Source of the DNA: Cycas panzhihuaensis
Lineage: Eukaryota > Plantae > Cycadophyta
DNA: 64,000 bases
Direction of reading: 5' to 3'
NCBI GenBank assembly: GCA_023213395.1
Contig: CM041465.1
Coordinates: 225,377,741 to 225,441,740, forward strand
Shown here piece after piece: positions 31,643 through 45,900 of the stretch. Position 1 is the stretch's first letter, and the number at the start of each line of letters is the position of its first letter. The notes beneath the pieces were generated by a model. The model was not told the origin of the DNA and searched no databases. It worked only from the letters and a program-made list of their open reading frames with translations. The translations under genes were made by a program, and so were the position numbers.

Positions 31643-34600
31643 ATGAAGCTCATATCATGGAATATTAGGGGGATGAATGCACCCTCTAAACAAAGGATTT
31701 TAAGTGATATGAGAATGAGAGAACTACCAGATCTAATCTTTCTACAGGAAACAAAGTTAAATATGGAAAATAGCTTAAGAGCTAAGAATAGAATTTGGAA
31801 GAAAGCAGAATGTAAAGGAGTAGGTAATGGTCAAGGGACTAAAGTTCTAATGGCAATGTGGAATTCAGATGTATGAATAAGGGAAACCTTTAGGGAGGAG
31901 GAATCCTATATATCTATGTGGCTCACCTGTAGAAGAAACAATTTAAAATGGCTGGCTACGAACATCTATGCCCCAAACCTTCATGACGATAGAAAGAAGC
32001 TATGGGACAGAATATTGGCAGTCCATAGGGATTGTGGAATGCCTTGGTTGGTGGCTAGAGACTTTAATATAGCTCTATGCCGAGGGGAGAAGAGAGGGGG
32101 ATAAGAGGGTTGGTCGAATTGTATGCATGAGCTTAGATGCTTCATGCAGAAGGGGGGGGGGGTAGCAGATGTGGAGCTTAGAGGAGCATCTTTCACTTGG
32201 TCAAACAAGAGGCTAGGGAACCAACTTATTCAAATTAAGCTGGATAGAGTTATGGTAAATTATGAATGGGCCAGGAGCTTTAATGACTTTACTCTAGAGG
32301 TGTTACCAAAAATCAGATCTGATCACTCTCCTCTCCAGTTCCTTTTCTCGAATTCAGAGAAGCATAAGTTGTCTTCTTTCATATTTGAAATGATATAGAT
32401 TAGACATCCAGACTTCATAAAGAAGGTGGAGGAATGGTGAGAGGTGCTAGTCTAGGGGCATACCATGTACAGGTTTTCAAAAAAGTTGGATTGGGTAAAG
32501 AGGCAAGTGAAGAGTTGGAATAAGGAAGTGTTCCTGAATATCCACACTATCAAGGAATAACTATTAAGGATTTAAATCTAGTTAAGAATAGGATTTAGAA
32601 AGAGGGCAAGACCTAGGCTCTAGATAAAGAAGAAAGAGAGTTGGTCAAAAACTTAGAGGAGATCTTAATCAAAGAAGAAATGCATTGGAGGCAAAAGTCA
32701 AGGGCTATATGGCTTGCTAAAGGGGATAGAAATACCAAATTCTTCCATATAACCACAGTAAAGCATAGAGCTAGAAATAGGATCAGTAATCTTCAAAGGG
32801 GAAATAGATCAGAAGTGAATTATCTGGAAGAATTAAAGGACTTAACTAGTACTTACTTCAGGGATCTATTTATCGAACCGCAGGGCGAGGATAAGGACAC
32901 CAAAAAGGACTTCCTGAGGACTATACCCAGATTGGTCAATGAGATTCAAAATGTTATGCTGATAGTGCCATTTACTCAGGAAGAGATGAAGAAGGCAGTG
33001 TTTAGCATAAAGAGAGATAAAGCTCCTGGACCAGATGGATTTCCCTCAGGTTTCTTCAAAGAATTTTAGGATATAATTAAAGAGGACCTTATGGAGGCTA
33101 TACAAGAGTTTCATATGAATCGAAAGATCTTTCAATAATAGCAAGACACATTTCTGGTCCTAATTCCAAAAAAAGATGGGGCTAAGAGGATGGAGGAGTT
33201 ATGTCCTATCAGCCTCTGTAATGTGAAGTACAAGATCTTAGCAAAGGTGTTAGCTAACAGATTAAAAAAGATTATCCCTTAAATCATCTCCTAGAATTAG
33301 GATGGTTTCATGCAAGGTAGACAAATCACAGATGGTATAATTATGGTCCATGAAACTATTCACTCAGCCAATGAAATGAAGGGGCCTAGTATACTAATAA
33401 AGATTGATCTATTGAAGGCCTTCAATAGAATCTCTTGGGATTGCCTCCTGGAGTTCCTGGACATATTTGGGTTTGGAGAGAAATGGAGAGCATGGATGAA
33501 GCTTTGCATCTCCAATCCTTAGTACTCTGTCATTATTAATAGTGCATCATCCAGATGTTTTCTGAGTTATAGAGGGCTGAGATAGGGAGATCCTATATCC
33601 CCTTGTCTTTTTATAATTTTGGAAGAGCTGTTGTGTAGAGCCACTGAGGCTGTTAGAAGACAAGCGCTTGTTAAAGGTTTAAGACCTACATCTGGTATGG
33701 ATAATATTGTACACTATCAATTTGTAGATGATAATATATTTATGGGGAAAGTAGCCATAAGCGAGGCTATTAAGCTAAAAGAGGGATTGAGAAGCTTCGA
33801 AATGGCAATAAACTAGAAGGTGAACTTAAACAAAAGTAGTGTTTATTTTATAAATACCACATTGACTACCCAAAAAAGGATTAGTAGAATTTTGGAGATG
33901 TAGATTAGGAAACTAACAACCATCTACCTCAGAATGCCCCTATTTGTTGGGAAGATGACTAGGGATATGTGCAAACCCCTCATTGATCAGATTCAAAGGA
34001 AGTTAACTCGATGGAAGGGGGCTCTCCTTAGCCAAGCTGGGAAGCTTCAGCTAGTGGCTTCCTCCTTATAAAGCATCCCAATGTATTAAATGTCTATCTT
34101 TAGATTGTCGAGCAAAGTCTCAGCATTGTTGGAATCCATTCAAAAAAGATTCCTCTAGTTTGGGCTTAAGGAGAAGGAGAGAATCCACTTAGTGAGCTGG
34201 AGTAAAGTGTGTGCCCCAAAATGGGTTGGATGCTTAAATCTTAGAAGAATGCCATTATTTAATTATGTGCTTATGGAAAAGCTTAACTGGCACATGATCA
34301 AAGGTAGGGAAGGCCTTTGGGATAAGATCATATCCCAAAAGTACCTTCAGGGTAGATCCCTATTAACTCAGAATATTGTCCCCCCCATTGGTTCAGTAGT
34401 CTGGAGGAGTATCCTCAAGTCCAAGAGCATGTTAAAGGCTAGGTTAAGGTGGAGATTGGATAATGGGAACACTATTAACTTTTAGGAGGATGTGTGGTGT
34501 AGTGAAAAAGGCTTGAAGAGAAAGATTGATCTAGCTCCCCTTCAGGCCCCTTGTGAAAGATTATTTGGGGTTCGCTTAAAGGATTATTGGATTGGGGAGG

Positions 34601-35830
34601 GGGGGGGGAAGAAGGAAAAGATGGAGGAATTTTAGGGGGAGACTTACTCTTAAGTGAGGATTGATAATCTCATAAAGGAACTTGACAAGTGTTACATACC
34701 TAAAACAAAAGTGGAAGACTCAATGGTTTGTCCCTCAACCCAATATGGGGAGTATTCAGTGAAGTAGGGATACCATTTCTTATGTCTAGAGAGATGGGAT
34801 CAGAGAAATGAGTTATTGGAGAAAGTATGGAAACTAGACCTAATCCCAAAAATAACTAGTATTTGGTGGACTTGTCTAAGGAACAAAATTCTAACAGTGG
34901 ACAACCTGATGAAGAGAGGCTACCAGTTGATAAATAGATGCATTCTTTACTATAAGGAGGAGGAATCTATGGATCATATCCTCCTTCAGTGTTTTACTCG
35001 AGGGAGCTTTGGAGATTCTTGTTTGACCTCCTTGAAGTCCAATGGGTGTCATCAAGAAATATAGTGGATCAGTGGACCTATTGGCAAATCTCTTTTAGGA
35101 GTAAAGCTCTTAGCAGTATCTAGAGAATTGCCTTCTTGGTGTTGTCATAGAACTTATAGAAAGAAAGAAATAGGAGGATTTTTCAGAATAGACAGAGGGA
35201 TGTATATAGTACTTTCATTGTTACTTACACTGGGATCAAGGAGAATGCTAAAATCATAGAGGAGAAGTGAATGTTAGTGACAGAAGGGAAAATCCTAAAT
35301 AAGTGGGGGCTAAGGTCGACAATGAAGGAGGAGAAAAGAAGGATCTGCTCTTGGGTTCCACTACAGGAGCATTGGGTAAAAATAAATTTCAACGGAGCTT
35401 CGAAAGGAAATCCTGAAGAGGCTGGTGATGGAGGTATCTGCAGAGATGCCAAAGGACATCTCATTTGGGCCTTTGTGGAGTACTATGATTAGCAGATGAA
35501 CTATATTATGGAGATGGCAGCTATGTTAAAAGCTATAGATTTAGCTATGGAAGGAGGCTTCAACAGGGTGGTTATTAAGGGCGATTTACTGAATGTGATA
35601 AATCTTTTGAAAGGTATAGCCTCACTATATTGGAGATCTCAGGCTATGATCAAGGATGCTCAAAAAACATTAAGGGGTCTAGAGAATGTCCAGCTTCGGC
35701 ACACCTACAGGGAAGGTAATAAAGTGGCAGATAATTTGGCTAATTGGGATCTATAGGAGATCTATTGTTTGGAGGGAGGACATCCCAAAGGATCTTATGA
35801 GATTGGTTGAGGGGGAAAGGATCTGCGAGA
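31643..35830 (+). pseudogene. LINE ORF2: APE endonuclease, RT, zf-RVT, RNase H
   Basis: MKLISWNIRGMN, FLQETK, NIYAPN, DFN, SDHSPL; KAPGPDGF, KIDLLKAFNRISW, GLR*GDPISP, QFVDD; WVKINFNGASKGNP, HTYREGNKVADNLA. Confidence 0.95.
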
Positions 35831-36049
35831 GCTAGCCAAGGGGCTTGTCCTGTCATGATATAGTTTATGTTTAGAGATCTTTTCATACTCTGGTCATGGG
35901 GTTATCATGGCCAATCAATGGTTTAGATGATAAAATTTTACTGATGTACTAGGTTGTGGGATCCTGTTTGAAAACCCATATTTTATTCATTTTACCTTAT
36001 CCAAAAAAGAAAAAATCTACTATAATTCCTCTAATTAGGATAGCTAAGG

Positions 36050-39000
36050 ATGTTGAAGAGTGGGAAAATCATGATAAATAAGCATTAGCTATCATTAAGA
36101 TTTTTATTACTAATGAACTCATCACTCATCTTAAATGGAAGACTTCTTTGAAAGATGCATGGAAAATAGTTTAAAAGATGTATAAAATCAAGTATGAAAC
36201 TAAAGTGTTATACCTAAGAAACTTACTTTATTCTTATAAGATGATTGATATTGACTTAATCTCCCTACATTTGTAGAAATTAAAGGAGATTAGAGATCAT
36301 TTGATTAGAATAAGTGAAAAGATTGAGGATAGAGAGTTATAGGTATTACTTTCAATAACCTATATGAAGGTTTTCATATCTTTGTTACTAACATGTATCT
36401 TACTAAGAGAGCTCAGTCACTTACCTTTAAGGAGCTTATTGGACTTCTCTTGCATGAGGAGTAGGATATAGAAGGATATGTTGGTAATAGTAGTAGTATG
36501 GCTTTGGCTTCACAATTTTGAAAGAAACTCCAAACTAATACTCTTAAGAAAACTCCATTTCTTTCTCACAATATGAGTGAATCCCATAATGAACCTTAAA
36601 AGGATATCACATGCTCATGTTATAATAAGAAAGGTCACCATAAGAAGAACTATTAGAAGAAAAAAATAAGTTAAAAGAAAGTTGCAAAAACTACTACTCT
36701 TTTTTGTTAGTGATAAAAAGGTTTTTGTGTTTAGTATTGTTTTTAGCACCAATGCAACATGGTATATTAACCCTAAGACCTCAAACTATAACACTTTCCA
36801 TAAAGCATGGTTTAATAAACTCAAATATGGATGTAATCAGGCCATTATTCTAGGTGACAATAGTTAACATAAAGTTGTTAGTCAAGGAACAATTATTCTT
36901 AATTAGCTTGGCCATAAAGTCAAGATCACTAAGGTGTTGTATATACCATCATTCAAGTACAACTTGCTTTTTATAAGTCATGTGACTAAACTTAAGTTAA
37001 AGGTTGGGTTTAATGCCATCAAATGTGTGATTAAGAATGATGACTTTTAAATAGCTTAAGGAACCAAAGAGAATGGCTTGTATAAGTTATTTAGTACACT
37101 TGAACATGGTTTTGTTACAACCACTTCTAATACTTTATGGCATGATAATTTTGGTCACTTAAACTATTATAATCTTCAACTATTTAATAAATTAAAAATG
37201 TTGTATGAATGTGATAAAATTTATAACATGTGTACTTGAGAAACAACATAGAGAAAGATTTATAAAGTCCACTTAAAGGGCTACAGACAAATTAGAGTTA
37301 GTCTATTCTAATTTGTGTGGACCACTTTTACTAGTCTCACTTAGAGGTGTGAGATACTTCATAACATTCATTGATGACTTCACTAGAAGAACTTAGGTTT
37401 GCCTCCTAAAGAATAAGTTAAAATCATTTACAAAGTTTAAGGAGTTTAAAGCTAAAGTCGAAACATTTTCTATAAAGAAGATCAAGTTTCTAAAGAGCAA
37501 CGATATAGGTCAGTACTTATCATTTGAATTCATCACTTTCTCTAAGGATCATGGCATTTGATGGTAGTTGATTACATCCTATACATCTCAACATAATGGT
37601 GTGTATGAGAGGAAGAATTTCACTATTGCTAAGATGGTGAGATGTATGCTAAAAGCCAAAAATGTCTCTAAATGTTTATGAGATGAAACTATAAATACAA
37701 TTATATACATTTTGAACAGAAGACCAATTATAATTATTCAAAACATAACTATTAAAGAAGTTTAGACTAGCAAAACACCTTTTATGATAATCTTAAGTCT
37801 TTGGTTGCGCTACATTTGTTTGTATACCTAATGTAAAGAGACAAAAGCTTGATGAAAAAAGTCCTAAGTATATTCTTATTAGGCATAATGAGTCATTAAA
37901 GACATATAGGCCCTAGGATACTTAAAAGAAAAAGATTGTAATTAGTATGGATCTTTTGTTTGATGAGTTTAATTAGGGAATTATCCATATTATAAATATT
38001 AATGTTAAAAGCATAGATATAAAGAATGTAATTGAAGAAAAGAGTATGAGAGTGAGAAAATTCCTATGGATATCCCATCTTCCTTCTATCCTCATAAAAA
38101 TTTGCCTTAGTATACTTAAATCTTTAAAGATTCTAAAGTTAATGGCATTAATATTAATGATAATATTATATGTAAAGTAAGATTAATTTTGTCTTGATGT
38201 CTAATATCTTAAATTCTAATAAGCCGGAGTCATTTATTAAAGTAGGGATGCCCCTCACTGGTAATTAATTATGTAGGAGGAGTATGGCTCCATACTTACG
38301 AATGACATATAGAATCTTATTGAGCTCCCTTAAGAGAAAAAAGTTATTAATTGCAAATGGGTATATAAGGTGAAGTATTAATTTAAATGTGATATTAATC
38401 AATACAAGGCTTAGCTTATGGTTAAGATATATACATAGACTAAAGATGTGGACTTTACAGAGACCTTTGCACCTATGGATAAAATAACCACCATTTAAAT
38501 GCTAGTTATTCTTGTATCTTATTTTTATTAGAATCTTCACCAAATAGATGTTAAGAGTGGTTTCCTTCATGGCATTATTTTTCAGGAGGTTTATATGCAA
38601 TAGTCTAAAGGCTTTGTGTAGGCTAGTAAGGAGCATCTTGTATACAAGTTGAAGAAAACCTTGTCTGGGCCTAAGTAGGCACTGAGGGCATGGCATTCAC
38701 ATATTGATGAGTACTTCATCTCTTATGGATTCACTAGATGTAAATTAAATTATAGCTTATATATTAAACATGAGGATGATAAGATGGTTATAGTAATTCT
38801 CTAAGTATATGATCTCATTATCATAGGTAGCAACACTTCTTAGATTGATTATCTCAAGAAACATCTTTTTAAAGCTTTAGATATATATGATCTTGGTCTT
38901 CTGTATTACTATCTTAGCATGGAATTTTAACAGAAGGGTAATCACATTTTTGTTTCATAGTCTAAGTATATTTATAGTCTTTTGAAACATTTCCTTATGG

Positions 39001-39715
39001 AGTATTCAAAGCCAATGGCCACCCCCATCGAAGTTAGTCTAAAATTAACTAAAGAAGTCATTGATGAAACTAGTAGGTAGTGTTATCTACCTTACTAATA
39101 CTAGGTCTAACATTAGTTATATTGTTGGTATTGTAGCTCAATTTATAAATGCTTCATCCATCTCTCTTCAAAAAGCAACAAAGAACATATTAAGATATGT
39201 CAAGGGCACTATCAGATTTGGACTCTTATTTTCTAGAATTAATGAGTTTAAAGTGCATGGTTATACAAACTTAGATTGGCCTAGAAATATTGATGATAAG
39301 AAATCTACTTTAGGGTATATGTTTGCATCTAATTCTAGTATGGTTTCGTGGCGTAGCAAGAAGTGGGCTACTATCTTCTTATCCTCTATAGAAATGGAGT
39401 ATAAAGTAGCAATTGTAGCTACTTGTGAGGCAATTTGGTTGAGGAGACTACTTGGACACTTTGAGCTTCTGTAGGATGATCTTATATCACTATTTTACAA
39501 TAATTAGTGTGTAACCCAACTATTGAATAATCTTGTCTTCCATGTTAGGATAAAGCATATGGAAGTACATCATTATTTTATTCAAGAATAAGTGTAGAGC
39601 AGAGTAGTTGAGTTGGTGTATTGTCTAACTAAGGACTAGCTTATTAATATTCTCACTAAGACTTCAAGTCATGAGAAGTACGAGAGGTTTAGAAGGCTCT
39701 TACTTATGAGAGATA
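36050..39715 (+). pseudogene. pol: Copia gag-pol polyprotein remnant
   Basis: WYINPKTSNY (PR), LWHDNFGHLNY (pre-integrase), YFITFIDDFTR and QHNGVYERKN (INT), KWVYKVK and DFTETFAP (RT), GYTNLDWPRNIDDKKST and EAIWLRRLL (RNase H). Confidence 0.9.
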
Positions 39716-39830
39716 ATAAATTATATATTATGAGGGGGTGTTAAAATTAATGTCTAATCCCTTCTTCTTCTTTCCTTAAATTGGATAATATGATATATTA
39801 AGCACTTTCTCTCAAGAGTTATATTATTAT

Positions 39831-42800
39831 TGTTAGAATTAGGAATGTAATAAGCATATCAAACCCTAACAGTGAGTAACGAAAAGATGAAGTATGTACA
39901 AAATGGACACCATATTGAAGAATTGACCAAAACTCAATTATGAACAAAGAATAGTATATACTTATAGTACAAGCTCACCACTAGTGAGAGAACCCCATTG
40001 GACTACTTAGAGGTGGCACACATATCAAGGTGGCCCACAACTCTAATATAAAATACAAAAGATAGAGAGAGTTTACATAGGGCTAATGGAATTAAGTATT
40101 ACACCCAACATTCCCCTATGTAATAGTCAATTACATAAATGTCATCACATCAATGATAAGCTCAAGTTTCCAAAAGTCTGCTAGATCATAAATGCTGTTA
40201 CACATAATAAGAAAGCTGCTAAAGTCTATATTAAGTGGAGTCCATCTACCAGAATGCATGGGTTATCAGCCGTTGCAGCCACTAGTTGGGTAGGAACTCC
40301 CTTTGTATATGTGGATCAATCAGGAGCTAGCAAGAGTAGTTGTATAAGGTCCCACCCCTTGCTCATATGAGAGTGCAAGCAGGAAAATATATATAAATCA
40401 CATGGCAAATGGCACATGGCAGGCAAGAGTAGCTTCTAAAAGTATGTCCTACCTCTTATTCAATAGGACTAGTACTTCTTCGACATCTAATGGCTGAAAA
40501 TATAATGGCACTATGGCCTCAAACATGCCACATGGACTAAAAGATGCCTCATTCGGCTAACAACTTGCCACCATGGGCAAAAATAACCAACATTAAATGT
40601 TTTAACATGACTAAAACATAATGTGTGACTTGTGTAGCATATATGACTCTCTCTCATAAATGAAGTACAAGATGATCACAATGGGTTATTTAAGAGCCAA
40701 AAATAAAACCATAGTACATGTCATCCCTCCTATTTAGGGTACATTACATCAAGAAGCCTTAAAAATATAATATGTGCCTGTAGAAGTTGAGAAAAAATAA
40801 AGATAAATAGTAACTTGTGACTTTGAATGAAAATAGCTCCATGAAAATAGCTCCAAAATGTGTCAAATGACCTGTCAAATGAAAGGTCTCTCTGTTACGG
40901 ATCCAATGCAATAGACGGGATTAAAATCAAACCTCCTAATCTCAATATATAGCCAAAAATATGACAAGTACTCCTTAACAGGGCTAAAAATTAGGACTAG
41001 CCCCTTTCAATACTAGTTGTTAGTCGTCTGAGAGCTCCATAAGACCAAGGGTTGAAATGATGAGGGGGCTGGAAGATTTAAAAACATTATACAATATAAT
41101 TAAATTTATTTTTTCAAACCAAAAAAATAAATAAACCCATCTTTAAACAATTTGAAATCTGCCAAAATAAAATACACTGAATATATTGTGTAAACCCTTT
41201 TAAGGTTATACACCATCGCTAAAAAATTTTACTGCTATTATAATTTTTACTAGGTCTTCACGGTGGATGAAGCAGATCATTATGAATGTGTTAAGGAAGA
41301 TTGACTGCCATCATTTTATTTTATAGGGTCACCATTGAATCACATCTGCAAGATTGTGAGGAGCTGCGAGTATGAAAACGATTCGTTTGCATGGAGTGGT
41401 CATCGTTTATCTCTTACAGGTTGCCATGGATTATAGGGGCGTGAGAACACCATCGATGTGTAGAGTGGCCACCGTTGATCATCATTCAGATGAATCACCA
41501 AGTTGGGCAACCCTTCTCATGCACTTCCATGAATAATGATACTCAACGTAGGACGCCAGTGTGACAATCAACCAGGCATTGGACACACAGACCTGCTTCG
41601 CGATCTCTCCCAGGGTGCAGAATGGATTGGCAGTGGTTGTAATAGTGCCTCTTTGGGAAGCTATGAATTCTTCTTGGATGCCATCTAGGCCTCCTCTTTA
41701 GTAGCCACAGTCGCCTGCTTCAACAACATTTTCTCCTTGCGGCAACTCCTCACACTGTCCTTGAGAATGAAAACATCTAATGCAACGTCCATATCTTCAA
41801 TATAAAATACCAAGGGATAGATAATAGACCAATCAAATCTAGAGAATAGCTTGTTCATTTAGCAGGATGGAGGGGTCATCTTGGATAAGATGAAGAATGA
41901 TGCCATCCCATAAATAAGGTAGCCTGACCAACAATGGGAATGAGCACAAATACGAATTGGCAAGAGTATCTTGATCTTAACAGACCCAATATTAATCAAT
42001 TATTGCCTTAACCTTTGAACTCACAACTTATTATGAGAACCTGACATCATAGCCTTCTCTTTTACAGATCTAGAAACGGTTGCTTACCAGCAAACAGATT
42101 TAGTAGAAAACCCCCCCTTTTTTTTTCTTTCTTGAAAAATACATAGGAACATAGGATAGAATACAAATTTTTTTGATTTTTTTTTTTTTTAATACAAGAA
42201 GCTAGAAAATAGTACATATCAGCAGAAGTATATGTATGACCTATAAATCTATAAATCTTCCAAAAATGGAGTCACTTCTAGCCTCTAGATAGTGAGAAGC
42301 ACTCTCTCAATTACTATTAACAGTTCCTACAACACTTTGTCCACTGACATGCAAAGGAGGTAGTTAAACATTAGTTGAATCTGCATAGAGAATATGGTGG
42401 ACTTTCACCTACATGCAAATCTATTGCGGCGCCACATGTGGAGAAGATGTCCACCTGAGCAACTTTAATAGGCTTCAACAGCTACAAAACTTCAAAAATA
42501 GGCTTGAAAACAGCCTCTTCTCATCATCAAAATATCCCTTCAAAACTTAATAATAGTCCCATAACAAAATATGCATAAGATGTAACTTGAAATAATCTTC
42601 AACTTGACAAAGTCACCAAACAGACACATCAAAAAATTTATAAGACTTAAAATCTCCAAAACAAAGATAACATGTATTAGGGTTTACAAGAAATACCTCC
42701 AAGGATTGGACCTTGGGCTCTGATACTATGTTAAAATTAGGAATGTAATAAGAATATCAAACCCTAATGGTGAATAACAAAAAGATGAAGTATGTACAAA

Positions 42801-42992
42801 ATGGACACCATATTAGAGAATTGGCCAAAACTCAATTATGAACAAAGAATAGTATATACTTATAGTACAAGCTCACCACTAGTGAGAGAACCCCATTGGA
42901 CTACTTAAAGGTGGCACACATGTTAAGGTGACCCACAACTCTAATAGAGAGAGTTTATATAGGGCTAATGGAATTGAGTATTACACCCAACA
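39831..42992 (-). mobile_element. Non-autonomous LTR element, 3.16 kb (LTRs 39831-40110 and 42729-42992)
   Basis: Highly similar TG..CA LTRs (280 and 264 bp, one 16-bp indel). Perfect TSD ATTAT at 39826-39830 and 42993-42997. PBS reverse complement gctctgatacta at 42717-42728. PPT reverse complement ttcccct at 40111-40117. No gag/pol ORF. Confidence 0.93.
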
Positions 42993-45900
42993 ATTATTCT
43001 TACTCTTACACATGCAAGAGCATACGTGAATTGTACTTAGATGTTTCCCTACTTTATAGCTTTATTATTTGCTTGCACTCTTATTAAAATAAGGGGTGGT
43101 CTTACTCTCATCAATTGATTAATTGATGTGTGGAGACTAGATTAAGCCATTGTACTCTTTTGTGATATAATATAAGATTATTTCTTGAAATCATTATGTA
43201 ATTATATTTATCTTATTACTTCTACTTATTAAAACTCAGTCTAGTTCTCTTATATTTCCAACATCACACACACCTATAAAGAATGTTATGAAATATAACT
43301 TTATATAAATTTCTCATAAGCCAAGTATATGATTGCTTCTTACTAATCTCTATCATTCTTTCTTGAAGAATTAAGGTGGAATTATCCCAACGACCATATA
43401 ATACACAATATTAGTGAACCATAGTATGTATTTATAGATATCATAAATAAATATTCAGTCGAAAAAGAATCTTTTACTATAGCACCATCTTCTGAGCCTT
43501 ATATAAACCTAAATAAGTGGTCAATAATGATGTTTGTCTTTCCTCACTTATCCACTATCTAAACATCAAACTCTTGTAACATTAATGACCAGTGAATAAT
43601 TTATGGATTATTACTGGATTTATTTATAGAATACTTAATAACAATATGGTCAATATAAACTATTGATTAAAAGCCACAAATATAATATAAGAATTTATTT
43701 AATATAAGAACAACTACTAAAAACTCTTTCTTTGTTACCATGTAGTTGATCTCAACTTTGTGAAAAGATTTATTGGTGAAATAGTTAGGGTGTTCCTTCC
43801 CATCATCAAATTGTAACAAGACTACTCCCATTATTTGAGGGCTTTGGGAGTAGTCTTATTATAATTTAGTCCTTCCTATGTATATGAAATGAATTAGTCC
43901 AATTTAGCCCTTAAATAATGGGAGTTTATATTAATTGCTATTTCAAATTTTAATAGGCTCTTATATGCATATTATTCCGTTTAAAAGGAGCAACTTTTAC
44001 AAAAAAACTATGTAATAGAATCCTCTCAATTCTTTAAGCTTTTGGGGTAAAGGAAGCTATTGAATTACCTCAATTTTTCTTAGGTCAACTTTAATTCCTA
44101 TTTTCGAAATAATATGCCCTAGTACATGGCCTTTTTGTACTATTAGCTTGCTTTTATCACTACTCAAACAAAGATTTATTTATATATACCTTTGAAATAC
44201 TTGGGCTAGCCTTTTAATTGCCTCCTCAAATGTCTCACCATAAATTGAAAATTCATCCATATAAACCTTAACAAATTCATAGATAAAATTAGAAATATAC
44301 TAATCATTACTTGTTGGAAAGTTATTATTGTATTACAAATATCAAAAGATAGCACTCAGTATACAATAGTCCTCCATAGGCATATACAAGTAGTATTATC
44401 TTGATCTTTTAAGGTAATTGGTATCTAGTTATAACAAAAAAACCCACTAAGAAAAGAAAAATACTTTTTCCCTACAAATTTGTTTAACACTTGATTAACA
44501 AAGGGAATAGGAAAGTGATGTTTCCTTGTCACCTTGTTCAATTCCCTATAATTAATACATATTTTCCATTTTTCTCCCCTCTTTGGGAGCATCCCTAAAG
44601 GAAAAATCCATCGATTACCAAGAATGGAATAAATTAGTTGAGAATCTAGTAACTTTCTCAACTCTTCCTTGATAATCTATAGCTTATTTAAATTAAGTTG
44701 CCTTTGAAGTTACTTTATTAGAATGTTGTCATCCTCTACGAAAATATAATGTTGAAATAATGAAGGATTTATTTCTTTTAAATCTTTATATAACCAAGTT
44801 AACATGTCAAAAAATAGGGTGAGTACATGTTGCATCTTATCTTATTCTTCCTTTATGTACATATTTGCAATGTGCAATGTTTTATTTTTTATGAAAACCA
44901 TTGGGCATGTCTCAAGCTCCTTGTTATCTTTCTCATTCATACCATTCATTTCTATTTCAATGGTACATAATGTTGGGGTTAATGTTTCTCACCTAACTCC
45001 CACCATTGGAAACATGTGAGTTATACACATCTTCATGGTAAGTCAAGGTAATGTTATTTTAATGCTTTTATTATTACTTTATATTATTTTAAATTTAGAG
45101 GTTGAGGAAGGTTCCTTCCTTCCTCCCAAGTATATATTTTATGGGGTGTAAAACCATGGTGTTCATAAAACACCACCTTCAACAAAGGATTTTTGGATGT
45201 ACTCTTCTACAATGGATTGAATGCAATGACATTTATGATTATGCTCTTAATATGACTTGAATACTAGTTTGATTTATATGTTCACCTACTACGCTCTATT
45301 CTCCATATTCCAACATTTGGTATCAGAGCCATTTTCGACCCATATAAGAGTTAGATATCTATTTTTTACATATAGAAGTTTTACTTGTTGGGAGCAAAAT
45401 GAAAAGATTTTTCAAGAAATAATAGAGAATTTGAATAGTCATAGTGTTGGATTTTATGAAAAGTTATAGAAATTATAGTAGATTTAATTTCGGCCTACCT
45501 TTCCATCACCATAGTTTTTGGATAATTGTGTAACCTCAACTTCAAATAGCCATAACTTTGGTTACAAATGTCCAAATGACATTAAAAAAAATTTATTCTA
45601 TGTATTTTTTAATTTCCTTTCTAATGGAAGTAGTTTGTGGTTAATTAGAGGTAGAAGCAAAAGGATATTAGTATTTTACCACCAGGTACTATTGTAGCAC
45701 TTAGAAACCCTAGTAGCAAAGTTCTTAAAATAGTCATAACGTTTGATCTAAGAGCCTGTTTTTTAAATAGTTGGATCCATCAGAAAGATTTTTTGATTCT
45801 CTATATATTGGAATAGGTTTTATTGAGATCTGATACTATTTTGTAGGTTTTTTAAGATGATAAATCAAGGTTTCTATTTGATCCTAAGTTGACATTTTTT

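Larger units (their letters stand above)
30246..36015 (+). mobile_element. Full-length L1-type LINE with RNase H, pseudogenised
   Basis: 5' UTR, ORF1 and ORF2 domains in canonical order, 3' UTR, and an A-rich tail at 36003-36015. No TSD found. Confidence 0.95.
36016..43263 (+). mobile_element. Ty1/Copia element lacking its 5' LTR; 3' LTR (39739-39830 plus 42998-43263) split by a nested element
   Basis: Domain order gag, CCHC, PR, INT, RT, RNase H. PPT gaggggg at 39732-39738. The LTR begins tgttaa and ends tttccaaca. Confidence 0.9.

Noticed and set aside
43281-43335. Segment resembling the 108-bp LTR at 628-735
   Set aside because: Too short and AT-rich to call, with no termini or TSD.
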